A DNA stretch of 64,000 nucleotides from Tubulanus polymorphus (GCF_964204645.1 NC_134027.1:17942560-18006559), one strand, 5' to 3'; numbered from the stretch's first letter, positions 36,516 through 49,649 are shown. The notes: generated from the sequence alone by a model not told the origin. Program-made: numbers and translations.

Positions 36516-37499
36516 ATTGTTTTTTCGCGTTATTTTAGTTTTGTCGTTTTGTCGTAATGTCGCCCTCATTTGCATATTCGTGTTTTTTAATCTTATCAGC
36601 CACCATACTAAAGCCTTAAGGTCGCGTAAAACTCGTAAACACTTCAAGCGACACAGCGAACGATCTCCTTTCCTCCACAGCGAATGCTTACTCCGAATGT
36701 CAAGTGTGAGTCCAGCATACGGATAGGAGTGTGTTGTATACTTGTATTTAGTAAATACCTTGTGGATTTGACAATGATCGGTATGTACTGTAGGAAATAT
36801 AGAGTATTGATGGTATTGATATAGAGGTTGAAGCCATGGGTTGAAGCCCGCGGCCGAATAAAGTAATATATTTCTTTATTTTGATACCTCGTCGACATAA
36901 CAGCTTTTCTCCGCTATATCTCTTCGGCGTGTTTAGTTTACATTATGAGTTTTCCGGTTTGCTCGGCTACCCGTACTGGCGGGGTAGTCTAGATAGGCAA
37001 ATGAAAGCTCCGGTTTGCTGAACTACCCCTCTTTGCGGGGATGCGGTATGATGTTTGATCTGACAGTTTCAAGTGGTTAATGGGTGTTTCAAGTGCTTAC
37101 AACGATGCTTATTACTTAATGTGGTACATGGTGGTTTAAAAAAAGATTTCATAATGATACGCTCAAAGTATAGGCCTACCGCGTGGGCTTCGTAGAAAGA
37201 CCACTGCCTGTGGCCTTCCCAAATTTTAATTGTTCTGTCCGATTTGGTTTCGTCCAATTGAAAGACTGCCTTTTCCAGTTAGGGCATTTTTGGATCACAT
37301 CACTCAGGAAATGACTTACGCTTTTGGGCCATTTCGTCGGTCCCACGTGTTTCATTTGGGCTATAGACCACATGGTGACACCATGATGGTCAGAAACTGA
37401 CCAATTGAGATATTCCCGAGTCTGAACACCTGACTGCGAATTTCGGAAATTTATCAAGTCATGTTTGTTTTCAAACTACCGAGGTATCATCATTGCAAA

Positions 37500-37995
37500 T
37501 TCATAAATTGACCATCACTGACCACCACTGACCAATTCAAACTTCTCGAATATGAGTTCGATATACCGCGTTATGGTGTCAAACTAGAAAGGATTCGCCA
37601 TAGATATTGAGAATTCACAAATTGACCATCACTGACCACCACTGACCAATTCAAACTTCTCGAATATGAGAACGATATACCGCGTTATGGTGTCAAACTA
37701 GAAAGGATTCGCCATAAATATTGAGAATTCATAAATTGACCATCACTGACCACCACTGACCAATTCAAACTTCTCGAATATGAGAACGATATACCGCGTT
37801 ATGGTGTCAAACTAGAAAGGATTCGCCATTGAAAATTCATGAATTGACCATCACTAACCACCAATTGAAACTTCTCGAATATAAGAAAGATATACCGGTA
37901 CCGCATTTGGTGTGAAACTAGAAAGCATTCCCCATTAGAATTCATAAATTGACCATCACTGACCACCACTGCCCAAGTGAAACTTCTCGAATATC
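37500..37995. repeat. 114-bp tandem repeat, ~4.5 copies
   Basis: AAATTGACCATCACTGACCACCACTGACCAATTCAAACTTCTCGAATAT recurs at ~37505, 37619, 37733, then ~37841 and ~37946. Confidence 0.9.
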
Positions 37996-39294
37996 GTCGA
38001 ATTCGAAAGTGGTTGTCGTCGTATTGTTATTTCTAGAGACCAGCAGTATGTTTTGCTACTGTTTCTGAATGGCCTTGACATGATGGAAATATATTACTCC
38101 TAAATAGGTTACACATCTGGATCACAGCACCTCACTTGCCGCAGTGCGTAATTTTGACTGCATAGTAATGCTAATACATAAACTTTTTTACTACTTGACT
38201 CAAAGCTTGACGCGAATCATCTGAACAGTACTGCGTTTGAAAACGAATAGAAAATGTTTGCGAGAAGCACCTGCAAATAAGTTATGATAAGATTAAATCT
38301 ATGGTTAATCGATGCTTAAAAAAACAATTAAATCACAGGCAAGATGACTAACAACCGTCTTTCAACCAATCAGCGCGATGCCAATTAATTAAATCATTAA
38401 ACGCATTAGGCTCCTTATATTTGTAATCATTTGTCGTTCTTTAAACTTGGCCACTTTTGTTTCAGAAAACCGCGTACTAGACCAGTGGTCACCAAGGCAT
38501 TAAAAAAGTTTTGAAAATTCGATGGTAACGATTTGTCCGTCAAAAAACTGTTTCGTTAATATTTCAAGTTTTTTTAAACTCTTGTACAGAATTCACTATA
38601 TGAAAAGTGTTCATAGGAATTGAAATTCGGTGTGATATCAGTCACCTGTTACCCCTTTTTCATTGTCAGTTCTTTATTGCACTATCATGCGCTCTTCTAA
38701 AATAGAAAAGAACATGTGTGTTTCGTTATAAACAAGGTTAGATTCCAAACGCACATGAAATATCACACAATATACACATCTAGCATTTTCTCTAACTAGG
38801 CCCTTTCCAAATGGCAATTGTTTAGTTTTTTAACGGCCGACATTCAGAAGCACCTAAAAACCAGTGCTAGCGCTTGAGATTTTCAGTGTAGGTCACATCT
38901 CACATCGACTCGGCTCGCAGTCGGTTCGTTTAATGGGAACACATCTGGTTGACACTAGTTTCACAGTTGACGAAATCAGAAAACTTTTTTCAAATGCCTT
39001 TGATAACATCTTAAACATAGTATTCTTCTTGATTACATTTCGTTGATTCCATAGATATGTTTTTATGAAAATTGCTCCAGTTATAACGGATTCAAACATA
39101 CATGTGAAATCAATATTTTCAAAATATTCAATTTTCTCCGCTTTTGAAGAAATTCTGACACAATATCATCTCCACTCGACACATGATTTTACTTCGGCGC
39201 CTTTAAGGGAGTGTCCCTTAAAGTTGAGTTCTTACTTAGTCAAACAAGGAGATATGCCTGATTCCTTTTTAAAATTTAGATTTCGACAGATATC

Positions 39295-39670
39295 AGTAAT
39301 TGGGAAAGTGGGCTTTCATACGAGAGGACGAGACACCACTCATCACCACAAGTAATAATTCAATTGAGTATGAGACACCACTCATCACAGCTAGGCTCTA
39401 GTGAGAACGGACGATTGCTCTGTGGTACACATATACAGTGAGTGCGCGTAACAACAGCTGCGCGTGGATAGATCGATACAGTGAGTCTCTACTGAGAACG
39501 GTTATTAACGCGTGTGCTATTACTGTAGTACAGTGATTGCGTGTCAACTGTGCCCAGATAAATAGATGCTGTGAGGCTTGGGTGAGAACGGTTAATAGCG
39601 TGTTTGTTATATACAGGGGGAAGTAATCCCCACTCATCACCACAAGTAATTTTTGTTCCTAATAAATGGG
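39295..39670 (+). repeat. Left TIR region (interrupted)
   Basis: 39295-39357 and 39630-39670 both match the reverse complement of parts of 54385-54475. Confidence 0.85.
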
Positions 39671-42600
39671 GGAGAATGAACAGCAGCCAGAAAACAATAA
39701 TGTTAATAAAACCAATATTATTGCCAATATTGTAAAAAAATACGTCGATACATCTAATAAAACACGACATGAAAAAACTGCAAATCATATAAAAAATGTA
39801 ATAGATTTTGAAACTCCAGAAAATTCCAATGAAAGAAAAGAAAGATTAGAAAATATGAATGTGGACGAAATAAAATGTGAAGTTTGTAATGAATTTAAAG
39901 TAAAAAGGAATTATAATATAATCTCGAATCACAAAAACACCATCAAAATTTGAGTAATAATGTTTTAGGAAAAGATTATTTCGATGATAAACCTCAAAAA
40001 GTAAAAAAACCAACTTCAAAAACTAAATCCATTTCAAATAAACCTTACATGGAAAATGTTAGAAATTATATTGATACACTAGAAATAAAAGATACAATTG
40101 AAATTTTAGAAACATTACATAGTAAAATTGGTCCTGCAGCTATCATATTTAGATTTTTTAAAGGTACAACAATAGAAGATTATAGTATATTTAATGAAAT
40201 AATAAAAAAATACTAGATTTGATAACAGATGTTGAATATCCAAAAATTAGTATCTCTGGGAAAGTAAGTTTTATAAAGTCAGAAGAAAAAATGGATTATA
40301 ATATTCAAACACACTCTGAAGAAATAATTTGAAAAACACAAATAAAAGAGAAATTAGAAAAAATATTTAATGAATTTAAACGTCATATTGAAGAAAGATA
40401 TTTTGAGGGTTCTGGCTTAACATTGAATGAAATTATATATTTAGATTTAAATGTTTACAATACAAAAAGGAATAAAACATCAAAAAGTAATAAAATGTTT
40501 AAAAATGATTCAAAATTTACAACAGAAAAGGATATTAAAGCATCATCTTATATTAAATTACCATTTACAACAAAAGCAGTAATAAATGTTCAAAATGAAG
40601 ATAATAAATGTTTTCTTTGGTCAATTATTAGTTGTTTACACCCAACAGAAGATATGACGCATAGTTTTAGAATAACAAATTACCGGAAATATGAAACATT
40701 ATATAAAATTGATCAATATCCAGTAACTATAAAAATGATTCCTAAAATAGAAAAAGTTAATAATTTAAAAATAAATGTATTTGAATTAATGCAATTACCA
40801 AAGACAAAAGGTGAAAATATTAAAAATCATACATTGAAAGCTTTATATTTAACAGAATATTATGATGATGAAAATGCTATAGATTTGTTATATTACAAAA
40901 AAGATGAAAATGAACATTATATGTGGTTAAAACAAATTGATTTATTCTTTAGAACAGAAAGTGATCATCATAAAATTTATCCATGTAGAAAATATTTATC
41001 TAAATTTATGACTGAGAATACATTATTAAAACATAAAGAATTATGTGATAATAAAGATTTTGTAAATTAATAATGCCAACAGAAAAAGATTATACATTGA
41101 AATTTACAAATCATAAATTTAAGAATATTGTTCCATTTGTAATTTATGGGGATTTTGAATCGTTGAATAAAGAATTAACTGATCAAGATAGAAAAGAAAT
41201 ATATAACAAAAAGCAATTATTAAAATCAATGGATAAAGGAAATGAATTAAATGAAGACACAACACAAGACCCGCCAATTATAAATACAATTAAAAAAGTT
41301 CATCAAAGAGCTGCTGCTTATGGAATTTATATAAAATCAAATTATCCCGAATTATATGAAAGTCAATATATTTCTTTTAGAGGTGAAGGTGTAGTTAATG
41401 ATTTTTGTAACAAATTGATTGAATTAGAAAGTGATTTTGCAAAATTATTAAACAAAAATAAAAGAATATTTATGACAATAGAAGATGAAATTGATTTTAA
41501 TTATGCAACTCATTGTTGTTATTGTGAAAAACGTTTTTATTCATTTGATAAAAAAGTTAGAGATCATGATCATTTAAATTCAAAATATCGTGGAGCTGCT
41601 CATGAAGATTGCAATTTACAAGCTAAGAAAGTTAATTTCGTACCAATATTATTTCATAATTTATCAGGCTATGATACCCATCTATTTATAAAAAAATTAT
41701 CGGGAAAATTGGGCGCAATTAATCAAGAAATAGAAAAATATAATGCTATGAATGGTGTAAATGTAAGAAAATATGATTTTAAACTATTAGCTAAAACATC
41801 TGAAAATTATATTTCATTTCAATTTGGTTGCATTAGATTTTTAGATTCTTATAGATTTCTAGCAAGTTCAGTAGATAATTTATCAAAAAGTTTAGTTGAT
41901 AATGATTTTGTTATAACTCGATATTATTATCCAAATGAACAAGATTTTAAATTATTGAGATATAAAGGCGCAATTCCTTATTCATTTTATAAAACACAAT
42001 GATTTTAATGTAACAGAATTATTAAAAGATCAATTTTATGATCAATTAAAAGAGGAGTATGTGAAAGACGAAGTGTTTAATAGAACATTAAATATTTGGA
42101 ACCATTTTAAGATGAAAAATCATGGTGAATTAGTTGATTTATATTTAAAATCAGATGTTATGATATTGGCTGACATATTTGAAAAATTTAGAGAAGTTAA
42201 TTTGAATCATTTTAATGTTGATCCTTGTTATTGCTACTCTAGTCCTGGTTTAACCTGGCAATGTGGTTTAAAATATACAAATGTAGAATTAGATTTATTG
42301 AAAGAACCAGATATGGTTTTATTATTTGAAAAATCAATTAGAGGTGGAATTAGTGGTGTTATGGGAGATAGATATTTTAAAGCAAATGATGAATATAAAT
42401 TATTATATATTGACGCCAATAATTTATATGGTTGGGCAATGATGCAACCTCAACCATATAAAAATTTTATATTAACAGAAGTTGAAAATGATGATAAAAC
42501 TAATTGGGAAAGCGCAATTACGAGTTTAGAAGATGAAGCACCAATTGGTTATTTCTTTGTAGTTGATTTAGAATATCCTGAAAATATAAAGTTTAAAACA

Positions 42601-44720
42601 AGAAACTTACCTTATTGCCCAGAACATTTAACTGTAGATGATAGTTATTTAAGTGAATACCAGAAGAAAATAAAACCGAAAGATCATGTTTTTACAGAAA
42701 AATTAATTCTTACTCAAAATAATAAATACAATTATATTGTTCATTATAGAATGTTAAAATTTTATCTAAAACAAGGAATGAAATTAAAGAAAGTACATAG
42801 ATATATTGAATTTAATCAATCGAAGTGGTTAGAAAAATATATAGATTTTAATACTCAACAGAGAACCATATCAAAAACAGATTTTGAAAAAGATTTCTTC
42901 AAATTAATGAACAATAGTTTTTATGGTAAAACATGTGAAAATATTAGAAATAGAAATGATATTGAATTAGTAAATAATTCTGAAAGATTAAGACATTTAC
43001 AATCAAGTCCTAGACATTTAGGAAATAAAAGATTTGAAGATTATTTAACAGCAGTTAAATTGAAAAGAACGTCAATGAAATTTAATAAACCTACATTCAT
43101 TGGTTCAACTGTTTTAGAAGTATCAAAATTATTAATGTATGATTTTTATTATAATGTTTTACAACCACTTTTTGGGGAAAAGCATATTGAAACATTATAT
43201 TTTGATTCTGTAACAGCTGACACCCCAATATTATTAAAATGTAATGATAAAATATTGATAAGAAGAATTTCAGAAATAATTCCAAAACAAAATGAATGTT
43301 TATTTCATATGGTGAAAAAGAATTAATACAAATAAATGGATTAATGGATGTTTGGACAAGAAATGGATGGAAAAAATTAAAGAATATTATTAGGCATAAA
43401 ACAAATAAGAAAATCTATAGAGTTAGAACTAAATTAAGGTTTGTAGATGTTACAGAAGATCATAGTTTAATTAAACGAAATGGCGATGAAATAAAACCAA
43501 CTGATATAAAAATTGGAGATGAATTATTACATAAAAGATTTTTCCAAAGAATGAATCATATGTCATTTGATGAAATTATTGATAATATTTATAATATAGA
43601 ACCCGAAACATTAGAAGAAAAAGAATATTTTATCAAAGGATTTTTCATGGGTGATAGTTCAGCAGGTGTGTATGTTTGGGGTAATAAATATTGTTGGTAT
43701 TTATGCAATCAAGACTTAAAATTATTAGAAAGAATTAAGAAATTCTGTGAAGAAGTTTATCCAAATAAAACATTTAAAATCATGGATGTTATGAAATCAA
43801 CAGCAGTTTATAGAATACTTGTAAATAATCCTAAAGATTTTGCTATAAAATATAATGACGAATTCTATATTCATGCAATAGTGAAAAGTAATACTTCAAC
43901 TAAAGAAAAGATAGTTCCAGATTATGTATTGAATGCAAAAAATAATTTAAGAAAATGGTTCTTCATTGGATTCTACGCAGCAGATGGTACTAAAAGTTTC
44001 AAAAATCGCAAAACAATATCTTTAGCTCAAAAAGGAAAAGTTGCTATATCAGGATTGAATATATTATGCAATTCATTAGGTTTTAATATGAATATTGGAT
44101 TGATTAAATCTAAACCAAATTGCTTTAATTTAAGCCATGTAGAAAATGAGTTAACAGAAGAAGTTAAAGATTTATTTGAAATATATAACCCAACAGATTA
44201 TGTTTATGATTTATCAACTGAAGATGGTACATTTAACTGTGGATTTCCATTAATAGCCAAAAATACTGACGCCTACATACTAAAAATCAAGACAAATGAC
44301 ATAACAAAAGACTTAAAAACATTAAAACATCATTTTGATTTTAGCAATTATCCCAAAGATCATGAACTATTTAGCGATGATAATAAAAAGATTCCTGGTA
44401 AGTTTAAAGATGAATTAGGGGGTGATGAAATGATTGAATTTGTTGGGATAAGAAGTAAAATGTATAGTTATAGAACAAAAGATCATGAAGATATAAAGTT
44501 AAAAGGAATAACAAAACATGTGGTTGATAAACATATAGAATTTCAAGATTATATAAAGTGTTTATATAACTCAATTGTAATGAAACACAAAATGAATTGT
44601 TTAAGATCAGAAGATCACGAGATGTACATTAATGAAGTTGAAAAAACTAGTTTGAATCCATTCGATGATAAAAGGCATATTTTAGATGATGGTATAAAAA
44701 CATTACCTTATGGCCATTAA
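39666..44720 (+). pseudogene. polB: pPolB, intein-containing allele
   Basis: N-terminal Zn fingers, NEDNKCFLW..HYMW, IYGDFES, RDHDH, FHNLSGYD, YIDANNLYGWAM, KLMNNSFYGKT, YFD|intein|TDA, DDKR; several stops and frameshifts. Confidence 0.95.
43207..44264 (+). mobile_element. Intein with LAGLIDADG homing endonuclease in pPolB motif C
   Basis: Block A SVTADTPILL; block B VDVTEDHSL; GFFMGD and GFYAADG; block F YVYDLSTEDGTF; end LIAKN then +1 Thr; absent from copy 1; 1058 nt with one frameshift near 43296. Confidence 0.95.
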
Positions 44721-46048
44721 AACATAAAATCAATATCATCATACTCGAAATCACTATTGGCTTCTTCATTTAAATTTAATTGTTCTTGTATAATTTGTTT
44801 AGGTTCTTCTTCCATTTCATTTTTCTTATTTAAATAACGTGTTATATTGTGCCACATTTCATCTCGCTCTCTTTGTTTCTTTTTGTTTGTTAATTCATCA
44901 AATGGAATTATAATATCTATATTTAAATAATTTACAATCTTATTTAAAAAGAATTCATAATTAATTGAATCTGTTATTCTATTTTCCAAATGATACATTA
45001 ATATTTGTTTGAATATTTTTTTTATATTTTCCATATCTTCTTCTGTTAATTTAGGTTTTTCATAATAATCGTTAAATAATAAATATAAATACATTTTCTT
45101 TTGTTTTGTGTTAAATGTTGATGGAATAATTGTTTTTATAATATCTTTTTTAGTTATTTCACCATTTTTATTTTCTACCATTTTCATTTTTTCAAGCCAT
45201 TGCATATATTCTGGTGTATGATCTTCTATAGAAAATATTTCAAAAATTTCATCTAGATAATTTAATTTTGGATCTATGAGAAAATTTCTAGTTTTTTCTT
45301 CACCCCATAAATTCTTTCGCCATCCACAATCAACACAAAATAACACAGTACCTTCTTGTCTTAAGGTCGCGTAATTACATTGTGGGCATTTTTGTTTATA
45401 ATTTATTGGTAATAGATCTTCATTAAGCTCTTGGTATTTTCATACGTTTTCTTTATGTTTTATTATTCTATTATGTAGATTTGAATTACTTGTTGTAATA
45501 ATCAATTTACAATATTTACAATAATATGTTTTTCTTGTTAATTCATTATATTGTTTTTCTAACTTTTCAACTGTTTCTTTATTATCTGGTAACGTTTTCT
45601 CATATTTTATTTTTTCTAATATATTATTTTTTCTTTCATTGAATTCAGTTTCAAATTTATTAGAAATTTTATCTATATGTGCTTTACGAAATTGATGATT
45701 CTCCCAATCTTCTATATTTTCAGGGCTATATTTTATTCGACAAGGCTTACAGAAATGATCTTTTATATTATCCTTATCATAGAATAAGAAAGGTCTTTTC
45801 CAAATAACATCAGGTTCAACTTCCACAGAATTACTATTACTTTCGTTACTATCAACATTAGCCGTTGCGCCATTAATTTTACACTTCTCTGAATGTTTTT
45901 TAACATAATTTCTTGAGAATAATTTATTACATTTTGGACAGTTTAGTTTAGGGGGTTTATAATTTTCATCATGTTTTTTCATATGTCGAGCCATATTACT
46001 TTTTCTCAGAAGTTCACCACAAATTTCGCATGGTATCTTCTCATCCAT
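44717..46048 (-). pseudogene. Multi-zinc-finger protein fused to a poxvirus VLTF3-like late transcription factor domain
   Basis: ORFs 45440-46048 and 44717-45346 are in frame across one TGA; four Zn-finger motifs, then CPQC..CVDCG, then SINYEFFLNKI..KKKQRERDEMWHNI. Confidence 0.7.
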
Positions 46049-46116
46049 TTATTAAGGAAAAATTTTATTAAAATTAATTTTTAGTGATGAGCGGTAATTT
46101 TTTTATGTTATAAATA

Positions 46117-46874
46117 ATGGTAGAATTAAAAGAATACAGAATATTTGTAGATTCTAGAAAACTTACAAATTATAAATCTCATAATTTACTAGAACAATTA
46201 GATAGAGAATTTAAAAATTGTGTAGATTTAAAATTAGTTAATATAAGTTTATGTAATTCTTTTTATAATATAACGGATAAAACTATTGAAGATAATACTT
46301 TTTTAATTCATATTGGAAATGTAGATAAATGGTTTCATATAATTTTAAAACCAGGATTATATAATTTAGAAACATTAGCTCAAGAAATTAATCGAAGAGC
46401 ACGGTTGAAAATTAGAAGAGATGATAAATTTTTAATTAGATTTATAAAAAGTGATAGCACAAATAAAATTAAAATACAGGTATATGATGAAAGTCAACAT
46501 GCATTTATGGTAAAAAAACCATTAGCTAAATTGCTAGGATTTGCACCAGATACTGTTATAGGAAACGTAGATGGTAATTCAAATATAATACCTTTTACGC
46601 ACTTTTATATTTTTTGCAATTTAATCGATCCTACAAAAACATTTGAAGGAACTAAAGATACAATTTGTAATTCTAGTATATTAAATATTTTACCGCTAAA
46701 AAATGTTAAAAAATTTGGACTGGAATAAATTATAATTTAACAGAATGTGATTTTAAACCATGCATTCCTGAATTTAATAATTTTAGATTAGAAATAAGAA
46801 ATCACAATGGATATTTAATTGATTTGAATAACTTTCCTGTGATATATGAATTAGTTTTAAGATGTAGAGAGTAA
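46117..46874 (+). pseudogene. Minor capsid protein (penton), frameshifted
   Basis: Homologue of 28536-29294; frameshift near 46720. Confidence 0.7.
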
Positions 46875-46906
46875 TTTTTTCATTATATAACTGTTGGGCC
46901 GAGCAT

Positions 46907-47236
46907 ATGTTTGGATTTGATTTTAAACGTGAGAAAGAAATGAAAATTAACATTAATGATGTAATTACACATATCAAAAATATTACATTTTCTAATGAAA
47001 CATCATTTGAGTATGAAACAACAATAGATAAAGAAACTTTAAATGTAGAAAAGATTACTAATAAAATAAAGATTAGAGAATCTTTATTTTATGAATTAGA
47101 TGAAGATTTTATCATCGATGATATTAAAAAAATAATAATTGAAATATATACAAATGAAACTAGTAATGAAATAAATGTTGAATTAATCATCACTAAGATA
47201 ACTAAATATTTTGAAGATAGTAATTTTTTTGATTAA
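46907..47236 (+). CDS. Polinton hypothetical protein
   Basis: Homologue of 29311; native start deleted. Confidence 0.55.
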   Translation: MFGFDFKREKEMKININDVITHIKNITFSNETSFEYETTIDKETLNVEKITNKIKIRESLFYELDEDFIIDDIKKIIIEIYTNETSNEINVELIITKITKYFEDSNFFD

Positions 47237-47239
47237 TAA

Positions 47240-47440
47240 ATGAGTGATAATAAGTGGATAATAACTGGATTATATAATGGCGCCTTACTATCAGTTGGAA
47301 CTGTTGGTTATTCAATGGTATTAAAAAAAGTATTTAAAATGGGAAGTGTTAATGTTGATAGATTTGATATAAATGAAATTTTCAAAATTAACATTAGCAG
47401 TTACTTTATCTAATTTAACTATTGATTATTTGGATATAAA
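47240..47440 (+). pseudogene. Small hydrophobic Polinton protein
   Basis: Homologue of 29664-29885 with a frameshift and 3' deletion. Confidence 0.65.
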
Positions 47441-47463
47441 TACATAATTATTTTACTAAATAA

Positions 47464-47880
47464 ATGGCTTCTGCAGTTATAACTATTATAGGATCGGCAA
47501 TTGTTAACGCTTTAGCATTTACTGGTGGTGGTTATTTATTCAAGCATATTGATGGTTCATTAACAGAACAAAAAAGACATAACTTAGCATTAGAGAAATA
47601 TAATAAAGCAGCAGAAGAATGTAGAGAAAAGAGACAAAACTATATGGATTACATCAATAAAGAATTATATGACCAGAAGATTTCACATAGAGATTTTCAA
47701 TCAGTTGATGATGCAATGAGTTTATATAACGCGGTAACCAAGAATGAAAAATCACATCTATACAAACCTAAATTATCAGATTATTATACCCCAAGTAAAG
47801 AACAACAGAAATATGAAATAATGTGGATTTTAGGTGGAACTGTTATTGTTATATTTGTAGCGTATAAGTTTACTAATTAG
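47464..47880 (+). CDS. Polinton membrane protein (NALAFTGG)
   Basis: Intact homologue of 29910. Confidence 0.75.
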   Translation: MASAVITIIGSAIVNALAFTGGGYLFKHIDGSLTEQKRHNLALEKYNKAAEECREKRQNYMDYINKELYDQKISHRDFQSVDDAMSLYNAVTKNEKSHLYKPKLSDYYTPSKEQQKYEIMWILGGTVIVIFVAYKFTN

Positions 47881-47900
47881 TAATTTTTTTTGCTAAATAA

Positions 47901-48293
47901 ATGGATGATAATATTGATATTATTCCTCATGGTATAAATAAAACTAAATTAAAAATATATTTAGAAAAACAAATATTAGAATTTGAAAGTGACTTAAAGA
48001 TAAAAAGGAAAAAATATTTAAAAAGTAAAATTATATATTATTTGATTATTAGTGGTTCGGTTACAATTAGTTCTGTAATAACATTTCTAGCAATATTTTC
48101 ACCATTAACACCTTTGGCTATATCAATTGGTGTGTTAGGATTAAGTTCAAGTGTTTTAACTGGTATAAGTCCAAAATTAAATATAAAAAGTAATAAAGAA
48201 AAAATTAAAACTAATATAAAAGAAATTAATAAATTAAAGAATACACTAGATTATATAATAAGTTTAAATGGTCATATAACAGTTGAAGAATAA
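47901..48293 (+). CDS. Polinton two-TM protein
   Basis: Homologue of 30353; CAA>TAA near the end. Confidence 0.7.
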   Translation: MDDNIDIIPHGINKTKLKIYLEKQILEFESDLKIKRKKYLKSKIIYYLIISGSVTISSVITFLAIFSPLTPLAISIGVLGLSSSVLTGISPKLNIKSNKEKIKTNIKEINKLKNTLDYIISLNGHITVEE

Positions 48294-48353
48294 GATAAAT
48301 TATTAAAAGAATTAATAAATTATTTATTTTTTTATTTTTTTTTTTTTTTATAA

Positions 48354-49649
48354 ATGGTAGATAGTTTTCCAAAAGCTTTCCAATATAATAAATCAATTAA
48401 ATATAATATTCCAGCAGTAGATTTTAATAAAGATATTTCATATAGAAATGAAGTTTTAAATTCATTAATTGATTTATATATTTATGTTACTGAAAGCAAT
48501 AATTTTCATGTTAAGATGGAAAATATATTCAATGTTTATGAAATTAATTTTAAAAATTTAAATGAGGCAAAACAATGGTTATTAAAATCTAATATGAAGT
48601 ATTGGCAGAACCAATTAAATTTTGCTGTTTATTGCGCTACAACAGGATGCGGAATAAGTTGGAATGATCATTTAAATAAACCAAGTTTACCATTGATGTT
48701 ATCACTTTTTAGATTTCATACATATTTTCAAATAAAATTAATATTAGATGAATTAGAATGTCCTTTACCAGGTTCAAAATTTTTCTAAGTTTTATAAAAT
48801 ATGTAATGAATTTAATATTAATTCAAATAAAGATTTTAGAGCAAAAATTGGAACAATGGGTGGATAAGGAATATTGTATACTAAAGAATTTCGAAAAATA
48901 ATGACAAATTCAGATATAAGAACACTAAATTGGAATGAATTACCAAAATATTATAATAATATACAACAACAAAACAATAATGGTTGGGTTAATTTCATTT
49001 TAGAAAATAGTGAAGGTTTTACTAAAGCTGGTATATAAAGAATAAATCAATCAATTAGAACTTATTTGATAGTATTTTAGGCGCGCAAGTTGAAACAAGA
49101 TCCCCAATAATTGGAAATGATAACACTTCATTCGATGCGCAGAAACAATTCAAAGTTTTATTTGAAGATTCCATTCATAATGATAAAAATAGATCGATTC
49201 CAGAAAACATTGTAAGATATCAAAATTATTTAGATAAATCACATATTAGATCAAATTATTGTATAGGCCCTAATCTATTTATTATTTCTAATGATTTAGT
49301 ATTAAAGATGGGAAACATAATTGGTTATAATAATCTAATTAAAACTGCAACAATAAATAATTCATTTGGATTAAATGATATAAATAAAAAGATTATCACT
49401 GCTCCAAAATTAATGGAAGGTGAAAAAAATAAAAAACATATTCAATCAACAGAAACTAAAACTAAGAATATTAAATTAAATAATGATTCTAAAATAAAAG
49501 ATTACAATACGACAGAAAATATTAAAACTGATAATATTCAACATGATATAATTAAAACTGATAATGATAATAAATTCCATGAAAATACTAAATTAGCTTT
49601 AACTTGTACAGGAATTGTTATAGGAGGAATATTATATTTTAAATTTTAA
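48354..49649 (+). pseudogene. Conserved Polinton protein (CATTGCG)
   Basis: Homologue of 30802-32190 with a deletion, stops and frameshifts. Confidence 0.75.

Noticed and set aside
32634-36726. Many repetitive ORFs (VLSPATIHYFGF..)
   Set aside because: They are translations of the satellite in all frames
43280-43326. Programmed frameshift within the intein
   Set aside because: No convincing slippery site or structure, and the gene has other random lesions; a 1-nt deletion or sequencing error is simpler
43207-44264. Group I or spliceosomal intron instead of an intein
   Set aside because: The insert starts and ends in frame with the exteins, has protein-splicing residues at both junctions and lacks GT-AG ends
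36616-45374. CTTAAGGTCGCGTAA at ~36616 and ~45361 as element ends
   Set aside because: Same orientation, and the second lies within the VLTF3-like coding region; probably chance
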